Shown: positions 8,000-17,632 of the stretch, one piece after another
Position numbering within the stretch: position 1 is the first letter of the stretch
Layout: every line of letters starts with the position of its first letter
NCBI GenBank assembly: GCA_965198235.1
Contig: OZ240248.1
Span: 2,176,001 to 2,240,000, forward strand
Reading direction: 5' to 3'
Source of the DNA: Candidatus Poribacteria bacterium
Lineage (GTDB): Bacteria > Poribacteria > WGA-4E > WGA-3G
DNA length: 64,000 nucleotides
Translations under genes and position numbers: made by a program
Notes under the pieces: generated by a model
What the model was told of the DNA's origin: nothing
Database searches by the model: none
The model's input: only the letters and a program-made list of their open reading frames with translations

Positions 8000-9849
8000 T
8001 GAATATTGGCGGAGCTCGCTTCAAAAGCGAATCTACATTCGTAAAAATCGTTCTACTTTGCATTCTGATTGCCTCAGCGGTTTTGGTGCTGCGGAACCTT
8101 GGGCACAGTGGCATTACGTATTGGGATGAAGGGTTTCACGCCGTCGTTGCACGGAATTTGACGAAACATCCGCTCAAATTCACGCTCTACGACCAACCGT
8201 GGCTCCCTTATGACTATAAAGGGTGGGGAGAGAACCACATTTGGCTACACAAACCGCCTGTCGCCATGTGGACAATCTGGCTCTCACACCTTATTTTCGG
8301 TATCAATACGTTCGCGCTTCGGTTGCCATCGGCAATAAGTTTAGTTGTGACCACGTGGTTGACTTTTCGAATCGCTTCGGATCTCTTTGACAAACGGGCA
8401 GGACTCATTGCAGCGTTTCTCCAGGCATTTAACCCGTTTCTCTTTGAGTCCGTTCACGGTTATCGCTATTCGGACCACATCGACATCGCTTTGTTGCTCT
8501 GGGTACAGGTTTCGTGTTGGTTCCTGCTTCGAGCGGTTCGGACCGGAAAACGGAGAAATTACATCTTATCCGGCGTTGCGATGGGTGTTGCGTATTTGTC
8601 GAAAAGTTACCTCGCGCTCATCACCTTTGGCGTTGCGTCGGTCGTTTGGGGGGTCGCCTGGTATACTGGACAGGGCAATCCGAGATCCAAAGATCACAGC
8701 CCAAGCATCGCGCCGGGCGGATATACGGAAAGGAACGGGAAAACCTCAAGCCCTTCTGACCGAACCGCAAGGAAAATTAAAAAAAGTGACATCGGTTTAC
8801 AACTCTTGGCGGCAATTGCGACGGTGGCACCTTGGACAATCTATTGCCTGATCTACTATCGCAAAGAATTCCTATGGGAACACAAACGCGTGCTCGATCA
8901 TCTCAACACCGATATCGAAAGCTGGGGAGCGAGTTGGGATCGACCGCTGTTTGATTACATGCCACTGTTTTATCCGGTGTTCTATGTCGCCCTCATTGCG
9001 GCGGTGTTCTGTCTAATAGTGGTCATGTTCAAACGTTGGCAGTTAGCGGAACTCTTTGTGTTAGCGTGGGGTATCGGTGTGATTGTCCCGCACACGCTCG
9101 CGCAGACGAAAACACCATCGGCAACAATGATTGCTGTGCCACCGCTATTGATTTGTTTCGCAGCGGTCATCAGCCGAGCATGGCAACGACGCGACTGGAT
9201 TTACACCGCTATTTGGATGGCGGGGATGCTTGTGATTATTATCATCTCCGGTGGACGTACCTTGGTCCAGAGCCGAGACCAATTCGATGGACTCAAAAGG
9301 ATTGCTCCGTTTATCCAGACGAATTTCTGGATTGTTGAGCAGCTTATCGGGTTCGGAATATTGCTCGCGATTTTCGCCGGTGTGTATATGCTGGTTCGTC
9401 ACCGCAATGTGCAAAGGTGGATATGGCTTGGGCTCCGAACGGTTGCACTGATAATTGCGTTGTTCTATGCAGGACGCTATGTGCATACCGCTTACAGGGT
9501 CACCGAACGGAACAGCAAGGTCCCCCTGTATGAAGCGAGTGGGCACCGTCTCCAACGTGAAATGCCAGAGAATGCCTGCTTCTTTCTTGACGATGAGCGT
9601 GTCGGCGCGCACTTTGATTTGATGTATTACGCCGACCGGTCAACATATCAGATTTACAATGAGCACATGAAGGAGCCTCGCGATTTCAAGAGCCAAGCCA
9701 AGATAGCACGTAAAGCGGGTGCGATTCCCTATCTTTTCTCTGTCAAAGAAACGACTTATAATTATCCGTTGTTCATTGAAGGCAAGGTGGACATCGGAAA
9801 TGGAAAAATGCAACAGTATCGGGTTTTTGAAATTACGGAGACCCGATGA
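7996..9849 (+). CDS. ArnT/PMT-like GT-C membrane glycosyltransferase with an in-frame repeat insertion
   Basis: YWDEGFH, HKPP and RLPSA motifs, many transmembrane helices. Confidence 0.85.
   Translation: MMNIGGARFKSESTFVKIVLLCILIASAVLVLRNLGHSGITYWDEGFHAVVARNLTKHPLKFTLYDQPWLPYDYKGWGENHIWLHKPPVAMWTIWLSHLIFGINTFALRLPSAISLVVTTWLTFRIASDLFDKRAGLIAAFLQAFNPFLFESVHGYRYSDHIDIALLLWVQVSCWFLLRAVRTGKRRNYILSGVAMGVAYLSKSYLALITFGVASVVWGVAWYTGQGNPRSKDHSPSIAPGGYTERNGKTSSPSDRTARKIKKSDIGLQLLAAIATVAPWTIYCLIYYRKEFLWEHKRVLDHLNTDIESWGASWDRPLFDYMPLFYPVFYVALIAAVFCLIVVMFKRWQLAELFVLAWGIGVIVPHTLAQTKTPSATMIAVPPLLICFAAVISRAWQRRDWIYTAIWMAGMLVIIIISGGRTLVQSRDQFDGLKRIAPFIQTNFWIVEQLIGFGILLAIFAGVYMLVRHRNVQRWIWLGLRTVALIIALFYAGRYVHTAYRVTERNSKVPLYEASGHRLQREMPENACFFLDDERVGAHFDLMYYADRSTYQIYNEHMKEPRDFKSQAKIARKAGAIPYLFSVKETTYNYPLFIEGKVDIGNGKMQQYRVFEITETR
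8696..8785 (+). repeat. Dispersed hairpin element (AACCGCAAGG family), intragenic in-frame copy
   Basis: GCCC..GGGC hairpin, GGATATACG, then GACCGAACCGCAAGGAAAATTAAAAAAA as in intergenic copies. Confidence 0.85.
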
Positions 9850-9890
9850 TTGGATGAATTGCAAGTTGTGAATTATAGTTTAATATCTAT

Positions 9891-10184
9891 ATGAGAATTA
9901 TATCACGCAGTGCTTTAAGAGAATTTTGGGCAAAATATCCCGAGACTGAAGGATCTCTTCAAGCGTGGTATGCTAATGTGAAACGTGCCAATTGGAAAAC
10001 ACCATCTGATGTTAAAGCAATTTATCGAAATGCCAGTTTCATTCAGAACAACCGCGTTGTGTTTAATATTATAGGCAATTCCTACCGTTTGATAGTGGCA
10101 ATTAATTATCAATATGGCATTGTTTACGTCCGATTTGTTGGGACACACCAAGCCTATAATAGGATTAACGCCGCTACAATCTGA
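9891..10184 (+). CDS. higB: HigB-family mRNA interferase toxin
   Basis: MRIISRSALREFW...RVVFNIIGNSYRLIVAI...RFVGTHQAY; toxin lies upstream of the antitoxin. Confidence 0.9.
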   Translation: MRIISRSALREFWAKYPETEGSLQAWYANVKRANWKTPSDVKAIYRNASFIQNNRVVFNIIGNSYRLIVAINYQYGIVYVRFVGTHQAYNRINAATI

Positions 10185-10194
10185 GGTGATTACA

Positions 10195-10569
10195 ATGGAA
10201 ATTAAACCAATTAAGACCGAAGCGGACTATGAAGCTGCGCTGAAGGAGATAGAACAGCTTTGGGGATCAAGTTATGGCTCACCAGCGGGGGATAAACTTG
10301 ATGTGCTCGTCACGTTGGTGGAAATTTATGAAGAGGAGCATTATCCCATTCCGCCGCCAGATCCTATTGAGGCAATTCTGCACTACATGGAAAATCAAGG
10401 GTTATCCGAACGCGATCTTGAACCTTATCTCGGTTCGCGTCCGTGCGTGTCAGAAGTCTTGACTCGTCAACGCAGTTTATCTCTGGACATGATTCGGAAA
10501 TTGCACATGGAGCTTGGAATACCAGCGGATATTTTGGTGCAACCTTATGCATTACGAGCAGCTTTATGA
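10195..10569 (+). CDS. higA: HigA-family HTH antitoxin
   Basis: IKPIKTEADYEAAL...PDPIEAI...HTH; GAGG RBS before ATG 10195. Confidence 0.9.
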   Translation: MEIKPIKTEADYEAALKEIEQLWGSSYGSPAGDKLDVLVTLVEIYEEEHYPIPPPDPIEAILHYMENQGLSERDLEPYLGSRPCVSEVLTRQRSLSLDMIRKLHMELGIPADILVQPYALRAAL

Positions 10570-10669
10570 ACATCTTTGATTTTTACTGGAATCATTTTTT
10601 CACTACATTTCCAGCAAGAACGATTTGTTATCGCAACATTCAGTAAATATATGAGGTGAAACGCAAACT

Positions 10670-13648
10670 ATGAAATTATTGCGATTTATATGCTTATCTA
10701 CAATTCTTGTACTCGTCGTGGTATCGGTGAGGGCAGACGTGGATTGGAAAGCACTCGATGTCGGTAACCTATCGTCTGCCATCTATAATACAGCAGTCGT
10801 TGGGTTTCCGAGTAACCCCACCGCGAATCCGTCAGGATGGTGGCCCGCAGGCACAAACGATTCCTATATCTATGAAGGCGACATCTGGATCGGTGCGAAG
10901 AAAGGTGGGGAAATTGGCGTTTCTGAATCGGATGGCAGGCAAAGTGAAATTTGGCCCACTGACGACGTGCCAGAAGTTATCTCAAACAAACCCGGTGTAA
11001 CGACAAAAGAAACGCCGACGAACCAAGCGATCATGTTCAAATGCTCTGACACAAACCCTGAAGCAAATAAAGATTTGATTCTCGGTTTAGAACTGGAAGT
11101 CAACGGATTCCAATGGAGTTACGCACCGCTCTATGACTTCTTTATTCTGGAGTATAACGTCAAAAATGTTGGCAGCGACATGCTTGAAGACGTATTTATG
11201 GCGTTCCGTTACGATGTGGATATCTCCAGTAACGAGACAGGAACAGCAAGCTACTCCGCAGATGACTTCGTTGCCCTGGATCAGACCCCAGATGCTCTCA
11301 ATCCCGTCGATCACTCCAACCGTTACCTTTCTTACGGATTCTCCAACGCGTCCGCACCTGGATATATCGGCTTACGGGTATTGGATGCGTATAGTGGGGA
11401 TAATGCAGAGGATCCAGCGGCAAAAATCCCTTTTGCAGCACACAAACGGATTACCATCTCCACGGACCCAACCACTGATGCGGAGATGTACGCACTTATC
11501 AGTACACCCGGTGTTGAACCACTTCCTGCAAACTACGACGATCAACGCTTTATCCAATCTTACGGACCTGTTACGTCACTCGCTCCCGGTGAGTCATTCA
11601 ATATCATTATCGCTGTAGCAATCGGTGAGGGGCTTGCGGGTTTGCAAGCCTCTTCGGACTGGGCACAGAAGTTATATGACGATGGCTACGTCGCACCGGC
11701 ACCGCCGCCTTCCCCATTAGTAGCCGCTTATCCTGCCGATAAACAGGTGACACTCGTCTGGGAAAGCGAGGGACGCTGGGTTGATGCTGGAGCCAGCAAG
11801 AGCATCGAAGAATATATTGATGTGACCGATCCAGAGAAAATCTTTGAAGGATACCGGGTTTATAGGCGCGATGTCTCTTATAATGAGTCCACTGGCAATC
11901 CGGTCGAAGATTGGACGATGCTAATGGAGTTCGATAAGCCGAGTGCAACCGGCAATTTCTTTACGGTCTCGCACGTCGGTAAGCAGTCGGATGCCACGAT
12001 CGAGAGCATGGGCGATGAACTTTTCTTCGCCGATTTCTTCAAAAGTGCCATCTATGTCATCAAGTTCAACTCCAGCACGAGTTTTGAAGTCGTTAACACG
12101 ACGTTATGGGAAGTTATGGCATATAACCCTGCCTTTCCAGCAAACGGCGGCGGATACGTTGTCATCAAAGATCCAAATACAGGTGAACCGTACCCCGACG
12201 GGACATATCGTTCCGGTGCTCAAATCTACTTTGGTGGACTCTATGTGCAAATTACCGATGGTCCCTCAGGACCACCTGTCGCTGGGGACATCTTCCAAGT
12301 CGTCTCGACCCCCTCACAGGCACTCGGTGAGGACGCAGGCATCAAGAATTTTTACACCGACGCAGGATTAACCAATGGACTTGAGTACACTTATGCGGTG
12401 ACCTCGTATGATACAGGCAACCCGAAAACCGGGTTAATCGCGATGGAGAGTAGCCAAATTGAGACGATGGTCCATGTTGTTCCGCGCGCCCAACCTGCCG
12501 GATACCGAGGACCTACCGCTGAAATAGAACAGCAGGGACAGGGGAGTATTACCGTCGAACCGATGGTGCTCGCACCGAACCAGGTAACGGGGCATCAATA
12601 CAAGATGGTCTGGTCTGGTGCAAAACAGATAGGTCCCGCAGCATATATCACCGGTCCCGGATATCAACCACCCGCTTATGAGATCGTCGATATGACGACC
12701 GACGAGACTGTCGTTGAGCTACAATCCTTTGACTGGTTCGACCCCGACCACGGCGAGGCTGTTGAAGTGCTCTCCCCGATGTTCGACGGTATCGTTTTGA
12801 AGATAATAGGGGTTAACGTGTTCTACGGCAGTCCAATGGAAAATCCGATTAACGACGTTAAACTGACAGCAGGCACAGTAACAGGATGGGAAGTGAACAT
12901 CCAATCCCCCGGTTTCGGTGAGAACACCTGGCCCAATATCTATTGGGCAACGTACTATCGTCCGCATACGTATTCCATCACATTTGTCGACGATTCGCAC
13001 GTCAAGGTGGTAGATGAAGATATGGATGAAGAAATTCAATTCAACGACCAGCGCGCCGCTGGATACGCGATCCTGACAGCCACCGGCTGGCGTGATACAT
13101 ATAATCCAGCGGAAACACCAGGTTTCTTCCGGATTTACATCCGAGGTGGCTACGTCTTTATAAAGGATCCGAACGGCGAAATCTCCGCTGGAGATGTCTT
13201 CACTGTTGAAATGGGGGGTGTTAGCGCGCCACAAGACGGTGATCAATTCATCCTGAATACAAAAGGGGAGACGCTCTCGCCGGAAGATATTGAAGCCGAT
13301 CTTGGACGGATTCGTGTCGTGCCAAACCCCTATTTTGTCACAAATAGAGCGGTGACTTCCGAAGGAACGGACAAAATTTTCTTCACACACCTCCCACCAC
13401 GGTGTACGATACGGATTTACACATTAGCGGGTGAATTGGTACGAACACTTGAGCACGAGAACACTGCCCTTTATAATCCGGATGAACGTTTGGCACAGGG
13501 CGACAAGGGTGGAACAGCATCATTTGAACTTCTCAATCGCTACAATCAAGCACTCGCAAGTGGCGTTTATATCTTTCATGTTGAAGCCAGAGACGAAAGT
13601 GACGAAGTCGTCGGTAACAAAATCGGTAGATTTGCTATTATCCGATAA
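10670..13648 (+). CDS. Large secreted beta-rich protein with FN3-like segments and a T9SS-type/FlgD-Ig-like C-terminal domain
   Basis: Signal peptide; FEGYRVYR and YTYAVTSYD; C-terminus IRVVPNPY..IFFTHLP..CTIRIYTLAGELV..LASGVYIFHVE..GRFAIIR. Confidence 0.8.
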   Translation: MKLLRFICLSTILVLVVVSVRADVDWKALDVGNLSSAIYNTAVVGFPSNPTANPSGWWPAGTNDSYIYEGDIWIGAKKGGEIGVSESDGRQSEIWPTDDVPEVISNKPGVTTKETPTNQAIMFKCSDTNPEANKDLILGLELEVNGFQWSYAPLYDFFILEYNVKNVGSDMLEDVFMAFRYDVDISSNETGTASYSADDFVALDQTPDALNPVDHSNRYLSYGFSNASAPGYIGLRVLDAYSGDNAEDPAAKIPFAAHKRITISTDPTTDAEMYALISTPGVEPLPANYDDQRFIQSYGPVTSLAPGESFNIIIAVAIGEGLAGLQASSDWAQKLYDDGYVAPAPPPSPLVAAYPADKQVTLVWESEGRWVDAGASKSIEEYIDVTDPEKIFEGYRVYRRDVSYNESTGNPVEDWTMLMEFDKPSATGNFFTVSHVGKQSDATIESMGDELFFADFFKSAIYVIKFNSSTSFEVVNTTLWEVMAYNPAFPANGGGYVVIKDPNTGEPYPDGTYRSGAQIYFGGLYVQITDGPSGPPVAGDIFQVVSTPSQALGEDAGIKNFYTDAGLTNGLEYTYAVTSYDTGNPKTGLIAMESSQIETMVHVVPRAQPAGYRGPTAEIEQQGQGSITVEPMVLAPNQVTGHQYKMVWSGAKQIGPAAYITGPGYQPPAYEIVDMTTDETVVELQSFDWFDPDHGEAVEVLSPMFDGIVLKIIGVNVFYGSPMENPINDVKLTAGTVTGWEVNIQSPGFGENTWPNIYWATYYRPHTYSITFVDDSHVKVVDEDMDEEIQFNDQRAAGYAILTATGWRDTYNPAETPGFFRIYIRGGYVFIKDPNGEISAGDVFTVEMGGVSAPQDGDQFILNTKGETLSPEDIEADLGRIRVVPNPYFVTNRAVTSEGTDKIFFTHLPPRCTIRIYTLAGELVRTLEHENTALYNPDERLAQGDKGGTASFELLNRYNQALASGVYIFHVEARDESDEVVGNKIGRFAIIR

Positions 13649-13697
13649 CACGTTCCTTTTTATTAATCAACTGAGGATTTCCGTTCTACAGAGCACC

Positions 13698-13829
13698 CAG
13701 CCCGTAATGAAATGGAGGGGTGTTTTTGATAGGGTATTTCTGCGTATTGCTTGGATATTTCTTCAGATATACGACGGAGAACGTGAAAACCATAACTCGC
13801 TTGACCGAACCGCAAGGAAAATTAAAAAA
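13698..13829 (+). repeat. Dispersed hairpin element (AACCGCAAGG family) abutting the PorV-like ATG
   Basis: CAGCCCGTAATGAAATGGAGGG...GACCGAACCGCAAGGAAAATTAAAAAA-ATG. Confidence 0.85.
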
Positions 13830-14894
13830 ATGCGACATATAATTTGTACGCTATTATTCATACTTCTTTTATTGTGGGGTGTTCCCGGTCATGCCACAAC
13901 CAATGTCGGCACGGCAGGTGCCCAGTTTCTGAAAATCGGTCCCGGTGCACGGGTAGACAGCCTTGGTGGTGCGTTTGGCGCGCTTGCCAATGATGTAACC
14001 AGTATCTACTGGAATCCAGCAGGAATAAGCCAACTCGAGAAAACCAGTTTTTCAGACACGCATACCGTCTGGCTTGCCGATGTCCGTTATAACTATCTGG
14101 CATTCGCAACGCCGATAAAAAATATCGGCACCTTGGGCGCGAGTGTCACATTCCTCAATGTCCCTGATACGGAGATCACCACGCTGGCAAAGCCGGATGG
14201 TACGGATCTCTGGTATTCTGCATGGGATACTGCTGTCTCGCTGGCGTATGCCCGGCAGCTTTACGAACAGGAATCCGGCGTTAAACTGTCTTTCGGTATT
14301 AATGCTAAATACATCCACCAGCAGATCCATCGGGAAAGTGCCAAAGGGGTTGCTATTGATGTTGGTACCTTATACCATACGGGTTGGCGAAGTTTACGGA
14401 TCGGAATGTGTTTCTCAAACTTTGGACCGGAAATGCGCTTTGGCGGACCTGATTTGGCAAGCGGTGCTGAGGTTGCAGGTGACCCAAGGATAGGAGACTA
14501 CCGTCCGTTTCCAGACACAACGAATCCGGCACGTAAAGCGGCATTAGAGACGATTGAATTCCCGCTACCTTCCAATTTCCGGCTCGGACTCGCCTACGAT
14601 ATCATTGATTCTGGTAGTAATCTCCTCACCCTTGCACTCGATGCCAACCACCCCAACGACAACAGCGAGCGTTTGAACATTGGTATGGAGTATTGGTACA
14701 GAAAAATGGCGGCGATTCGTGGGGGTTACAAATTCCGATTGGGTGAAGACCGCCTCGACGATGAAGAGGGGCTTACACTCGGTTTGGGTATCCACCTGAA
14801 CCTTGGCAAGAGAGTCCTTTCCCTCGATTATGCCTATGCGGACTTCGGACACCTACAACAGGTACACCGGGTGAGTTTGGGGTTACAGTTTTAG
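13830..14894 (+). CDS. PorV/PorQ (UPF0164) family outer-membrane barrel
   Basis: Signal peptide from ATG 13830; GAQFLKIGPGAR..LGGAF..YWNPAG; DYAY..HRVSL..F C-terminus. Confidence 0.85.
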   Translation: MRHIICTLLFILLLLWGVPGHATTNVGTAGAQFLKIGPGARVDSLGGAFGALANDVTSIYWNPAGISQLEKTSFSDTHTVWLADVRYNYLAFATPIKNIGTLGASVTFLNVPDTEITTLAKPDGTDLWYSAWDTAVSLAYARQLYEQESGVKLSFGINAKYIHQQIHRESAKGVAIDVGTLYHTGWRSLRIGMCFSNFGPEMRFGGPDLASGAEVAGDPRIGDYRPFPDTTNPARKAALETIEFPLPSNFRLGLAYDIIDSGSNLLTLALDANHPNDNSERLNIGMEYWYRKMAAIRGGYKFRLGEDRLDDEEGLTLGLGIHLNLGKRVLSLDYAYADFGHLQQVHRVSLGLQF

Positions 14895-14944
14895 AACGCG
14901 ATAAGACAGAGAACTGAATAGCCCTAAATTTGCTTCAAAACCCG

Positions 14945-14973
14945 TTGCTAATACAGAGTCGTTGTGCTATAAT
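14945..14973 (+). promoter_or_regulatory. sigma70-type promoter
   Basis: TTGCTA, 17 bp spacer, TG-n-TATAAT. Confidence 0.55.
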
Positions 14974-15021
14974 AGATATGGATCAATTCATTAACACCCT
15001 TTGAGTAAGGAGTGGATAGAA

Positions 15022-15255
15022 ATGGCAAACGAACGCTTAACACTCGAAGAGATGGAACAGAAATACCCAGATGAATGGCTCTTTATTATCGACTGTGAAA
15101 TCAGCAAAAATACGGAGTTGCTATCCGGGGTAGTTGCCGTCCATAGCGAATCTGAGGATGATATTCATGAGGCCTCAATGCACTACAAAGGTGGTGCAGC
15201 CATACATTATACAGGTAGACTTCTTCCAGAGGGGATAGGAGGATTCCTATTGTAA
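15022..15255 (+). CDS. Small DUF5678-like protein
   Basis: AAGGAG RBS; KYPDEWLFI...GVVAVHS pattern. Confidence 0.6.
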   Translation: MANERLTLEEMEQKYPDEWLFIIDCEISKNTELLSGVVAVHSESEDDIHEASMHYKGGAAIHYTGRLLPEGIGGFLL

Positions 15256-15385
15256 TGGGGTACGTCTCCTTTAACCCCGTCTCATTCTCAACCGGAACTA
15301 TTGAACTTCACCCACACTAATTCTGTCTTGAAGGAACATCACTTTCAAAAGCAAATTTCGGAAACTTGCAAACCACACGAAAAAT

Positions 15386-16789
15386 ATGACTAACAAACCG
15401 AACATCGTTTATCTCCTCGCCGATCAGATCCGCGCCTGCTCGTTGCCCGTATACGGCGATACGCAGATCGAAACACCGCACATTGATCGGCTCGCGCAGG
15501 AAGGCACCGTTTTTTCAAACGCAATCGCTACCGCACCCGTCTGCACCCCCTATCGTTCCATGCTACTCACCGGACGGCACCCACAGACAACCGGACATCT
15601 CATTAATTTCGTCAGAACTCGGCATGATGAAATCGGGCTCGGTGATGTTTTCAGCAGAAACGGTTACCGGACGGCATGGGTTGGAAAGTGGCACCTCCAC
15701 ACGGGTTCATTCCCGGAAATCGGTGGACGCGACTACGTCCCCGAAGGACGCGATCGCCTTGGATTCCAACATTGGCGCGGCTATAACTTCCACACCGACT
15801 ATTTCAACGGGACGGTGAACCTCAACGATTGGCGGAACGAAAAATGGGAAGGTTACGAAACCGATGCCCTGAACCGATACGCCTTCCAGTTCATGGACGA
15901 CGTGAACGATGATACACCGTTCTGTCTGTTTATCTCTCCGCATCAAGCACACTCCACACCTTACGAGTTTGCGCCACAGGAATATTACGATCGGCTCCCC
16001 GATGAACTCCAATTGCCAGAGAATGTGCCTGACGCAATTAAAGCGGAGTCGTTAGAAATCTACCGACATTATCTTGCTATGACGTTAACGGTGGACGATA
16101 TGCTCGGCGAACTGATGATGTATCTCGAAAAAACGGGACGCGTCGAAAACACGCTGCTCGTTTTCGGATCCGACCACGGAACGCAGGGCGGCGGACAAGG
16201 TATCAATTTCTGGGCGAAGCGGGAACCTTACGAAGAATCCATCAAAGTGCCACTGATTATGCGTCTGCCCGGCGTTTTCGATGGGAATCGCACCTGTGAC
16301 ACGCTCACCTCCCCCGTAGATCTGTTTCCATCGCTTTGTGGGTTATGTGGCATCCATCCACCTCGGACAGTCGAAGGCTACGATCTGTCCGCGTCTTGGC
16401 GCGGCGATACTGATGCCCTCGAACAGGATGCCGTTTTGACAATGAACTTTGGATCGACCTACGATTACCTTATTGATGGTAACGAGTGGCGCGGTGTCCG
16501 CACAAAAACGCACAGTTACGCACGTTGGCTCGATGGCAAACGGGTGCTGTACGACGTAGAGACAGATCCGCTGCAGATGAACAATCTGGTTGACACACCC
16601 GCAGCGAAGTCGTTAGCGGACGAAATGGAGAACACCCTCACAAACTTGATGGATGCTCGAAACGACAAACTCCAGCCCGCGACAGGTTACACGGATTGGT
16701 ACGACCTGCAGCGCCGTATCGTCCGCAACGCCCACGGTCCCCTCGGCGATCCGGAAGATGAACCTGATTGGTCACTACTAAAAAGATAG
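15386..16789 (+). CDS. Formylglycine-dependent sulfatase
   Basis: KPNIV..ADQ, CTPYR..LLTGR, GKWHL and SDHG motifs. Confidence 0.93.
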   Translation: MTNKPNIVYLLADQIRACSLPVYGDTQIETPHIDRLAQEGTVFSNAIATAPVCTPYRSMLLTGRHPQTTGHLINFVRTRHDEIGLGDVFSRNGYRTAWVGKWHLHTGSFPEIGGRDYVPEGRDRLGFQHWRGYNFHTDYFNGTVNLNDWRNEKWEGYETDALNRYAFQFMDDVNDDTPFCLFISPHQAHSTPYEFAPQEYYDRLPDELQLPENVPDAIKAESLEIYRHYLAMTLTVDDMLGELMMYLEKTGRVENTLLVFGSDHGTQGGGQGINFWAKREPYEESIKVPLIMRLPGVFDGNRTCDTLTSPVDLFPSLCGLCGIHPPRTVEGYDLSASWRGDTDALEQDAVLTMNFGSTYDYLIDGNEWRGVRTKTHSYARWLDGKRVLYDVETDPLQMNNLVDTPAAKSLADEMENTLTNLMDARNDKLQPATGYTDWYDLQRRIVRNAHGPLGDPEDEPDWSLLKR

Positions 16790-16829
16790 CACCTTCACAA
16801 CACCCAGCGACAGACGAGGTTTTCAGTTC

Positions 16830-16980
16830 GTAGTAGGGCAATTCATTGCCCGTCCGCTACTGGCGCGGTTTCCAACCTTGCTTGACCCTACAATCGATAG
16901 GTGTGGTTTCCTAACCCTACCGAAACCGACAAAACACCTCATCCTTTTTAGCCCCGTAGGGTTTATTTGCTTGGGTGTTT
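16830..16980 (+). repeat. REP-like palindrome cluster at the left flank of the defence island
   Basis: GTAGTAGGGCAATTCATTGCCC, GCGGTTTCCAACC, GTGGTTTCCTAACC, TAGCCCCGTAGGG, TTTGCTTGGGTGTTT. Confidence 0.7.
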
Positions 16981-17164
16981 CTCAATTTCTTCGAATTTTC
17001 CCAAAACCGAAAATTGTATGGCTCTGACAACCTGCGTGAAAACATTGGCAATTTTGATATAATGTGCTATACTTCTTTGTATGACTTAAACCTCAGTAAG
17101 AAGTACATCTGACCATCTATACCGATGAATCTGCCGTAGTAAAGTTTGTTAGTGGACAGCATTA

Positions 17165-17620
17165 ATGGATATAAAATATACCGATCAACAAATAGCAGAA
17201 CTAATTGATGAGCGTAAAGTTTTGCCAGATAACTGGCGTATCCAACTGGATAAGAACAATAGTTTGTATATTATTGGGGAACATGGTAACCGCTTTCGCA
17301 TCATAACCAATCTCAATACAAAATATCCAGCAGATTTCTCAGTAATTTTGGCGGTTATAAACCCTAAAACTGGGGCAGAATTCCGGATCCGTCGCTATAA
17401 TGGTATGCATAAGCGGCCTCACAACAACAAAATTGAAAAACAAAAAATTTACGGTTACCACATTCACTCTGCTACAGAGCGATATCAGGAGAGAGGTTAT
17501 GATGAGGAAACTTACGCAGAGAAAACAGACCGCTATAATGACCTTAAAGGTGCTCTACATTGTCTTATACAGGATACAAATTTTGAATTACCAGCACAGT
17601 TAGAGTTAAAACTTTTCTAG
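17165..17620 (+). CDS. Uncharacterised protein (RRYNG-H-N-HIH motifs; DUF6978-like)
   Basis: AT-rich ORF closely followed by a DUF1828-like gene; ends QLELKLF. Confidence 0.65.
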   Translation: MDIKYTDQQIAELIDERKVLPDNWRIQLDKNNSLYIIGEHGNRFRIITNLNTKYPADFSVILAVINPKTGAEFRIRRYNGMHKRPHNNKIEKQKIYGYHIHSATERYQERGYDEETYAEKTDRYNDLKGALHCLIQDTNFELPAQLELKLF

Positions 17621-17632
17621 GAGGTGAGATCA

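Noticed and set aside
4707-10669. Integron cassette array
   Set aside because: No convincing RYYYAAC...GTTRRRY attC sites between the genes and no integron integrase
13431-13829. N-terminal extensions in the ORF track (also 37470-37568 and 37301-37360)
   Set aside because: They run through the upstream gene or the dispersed repeat; signal peptides or family N-termini begin at the downstream ATG
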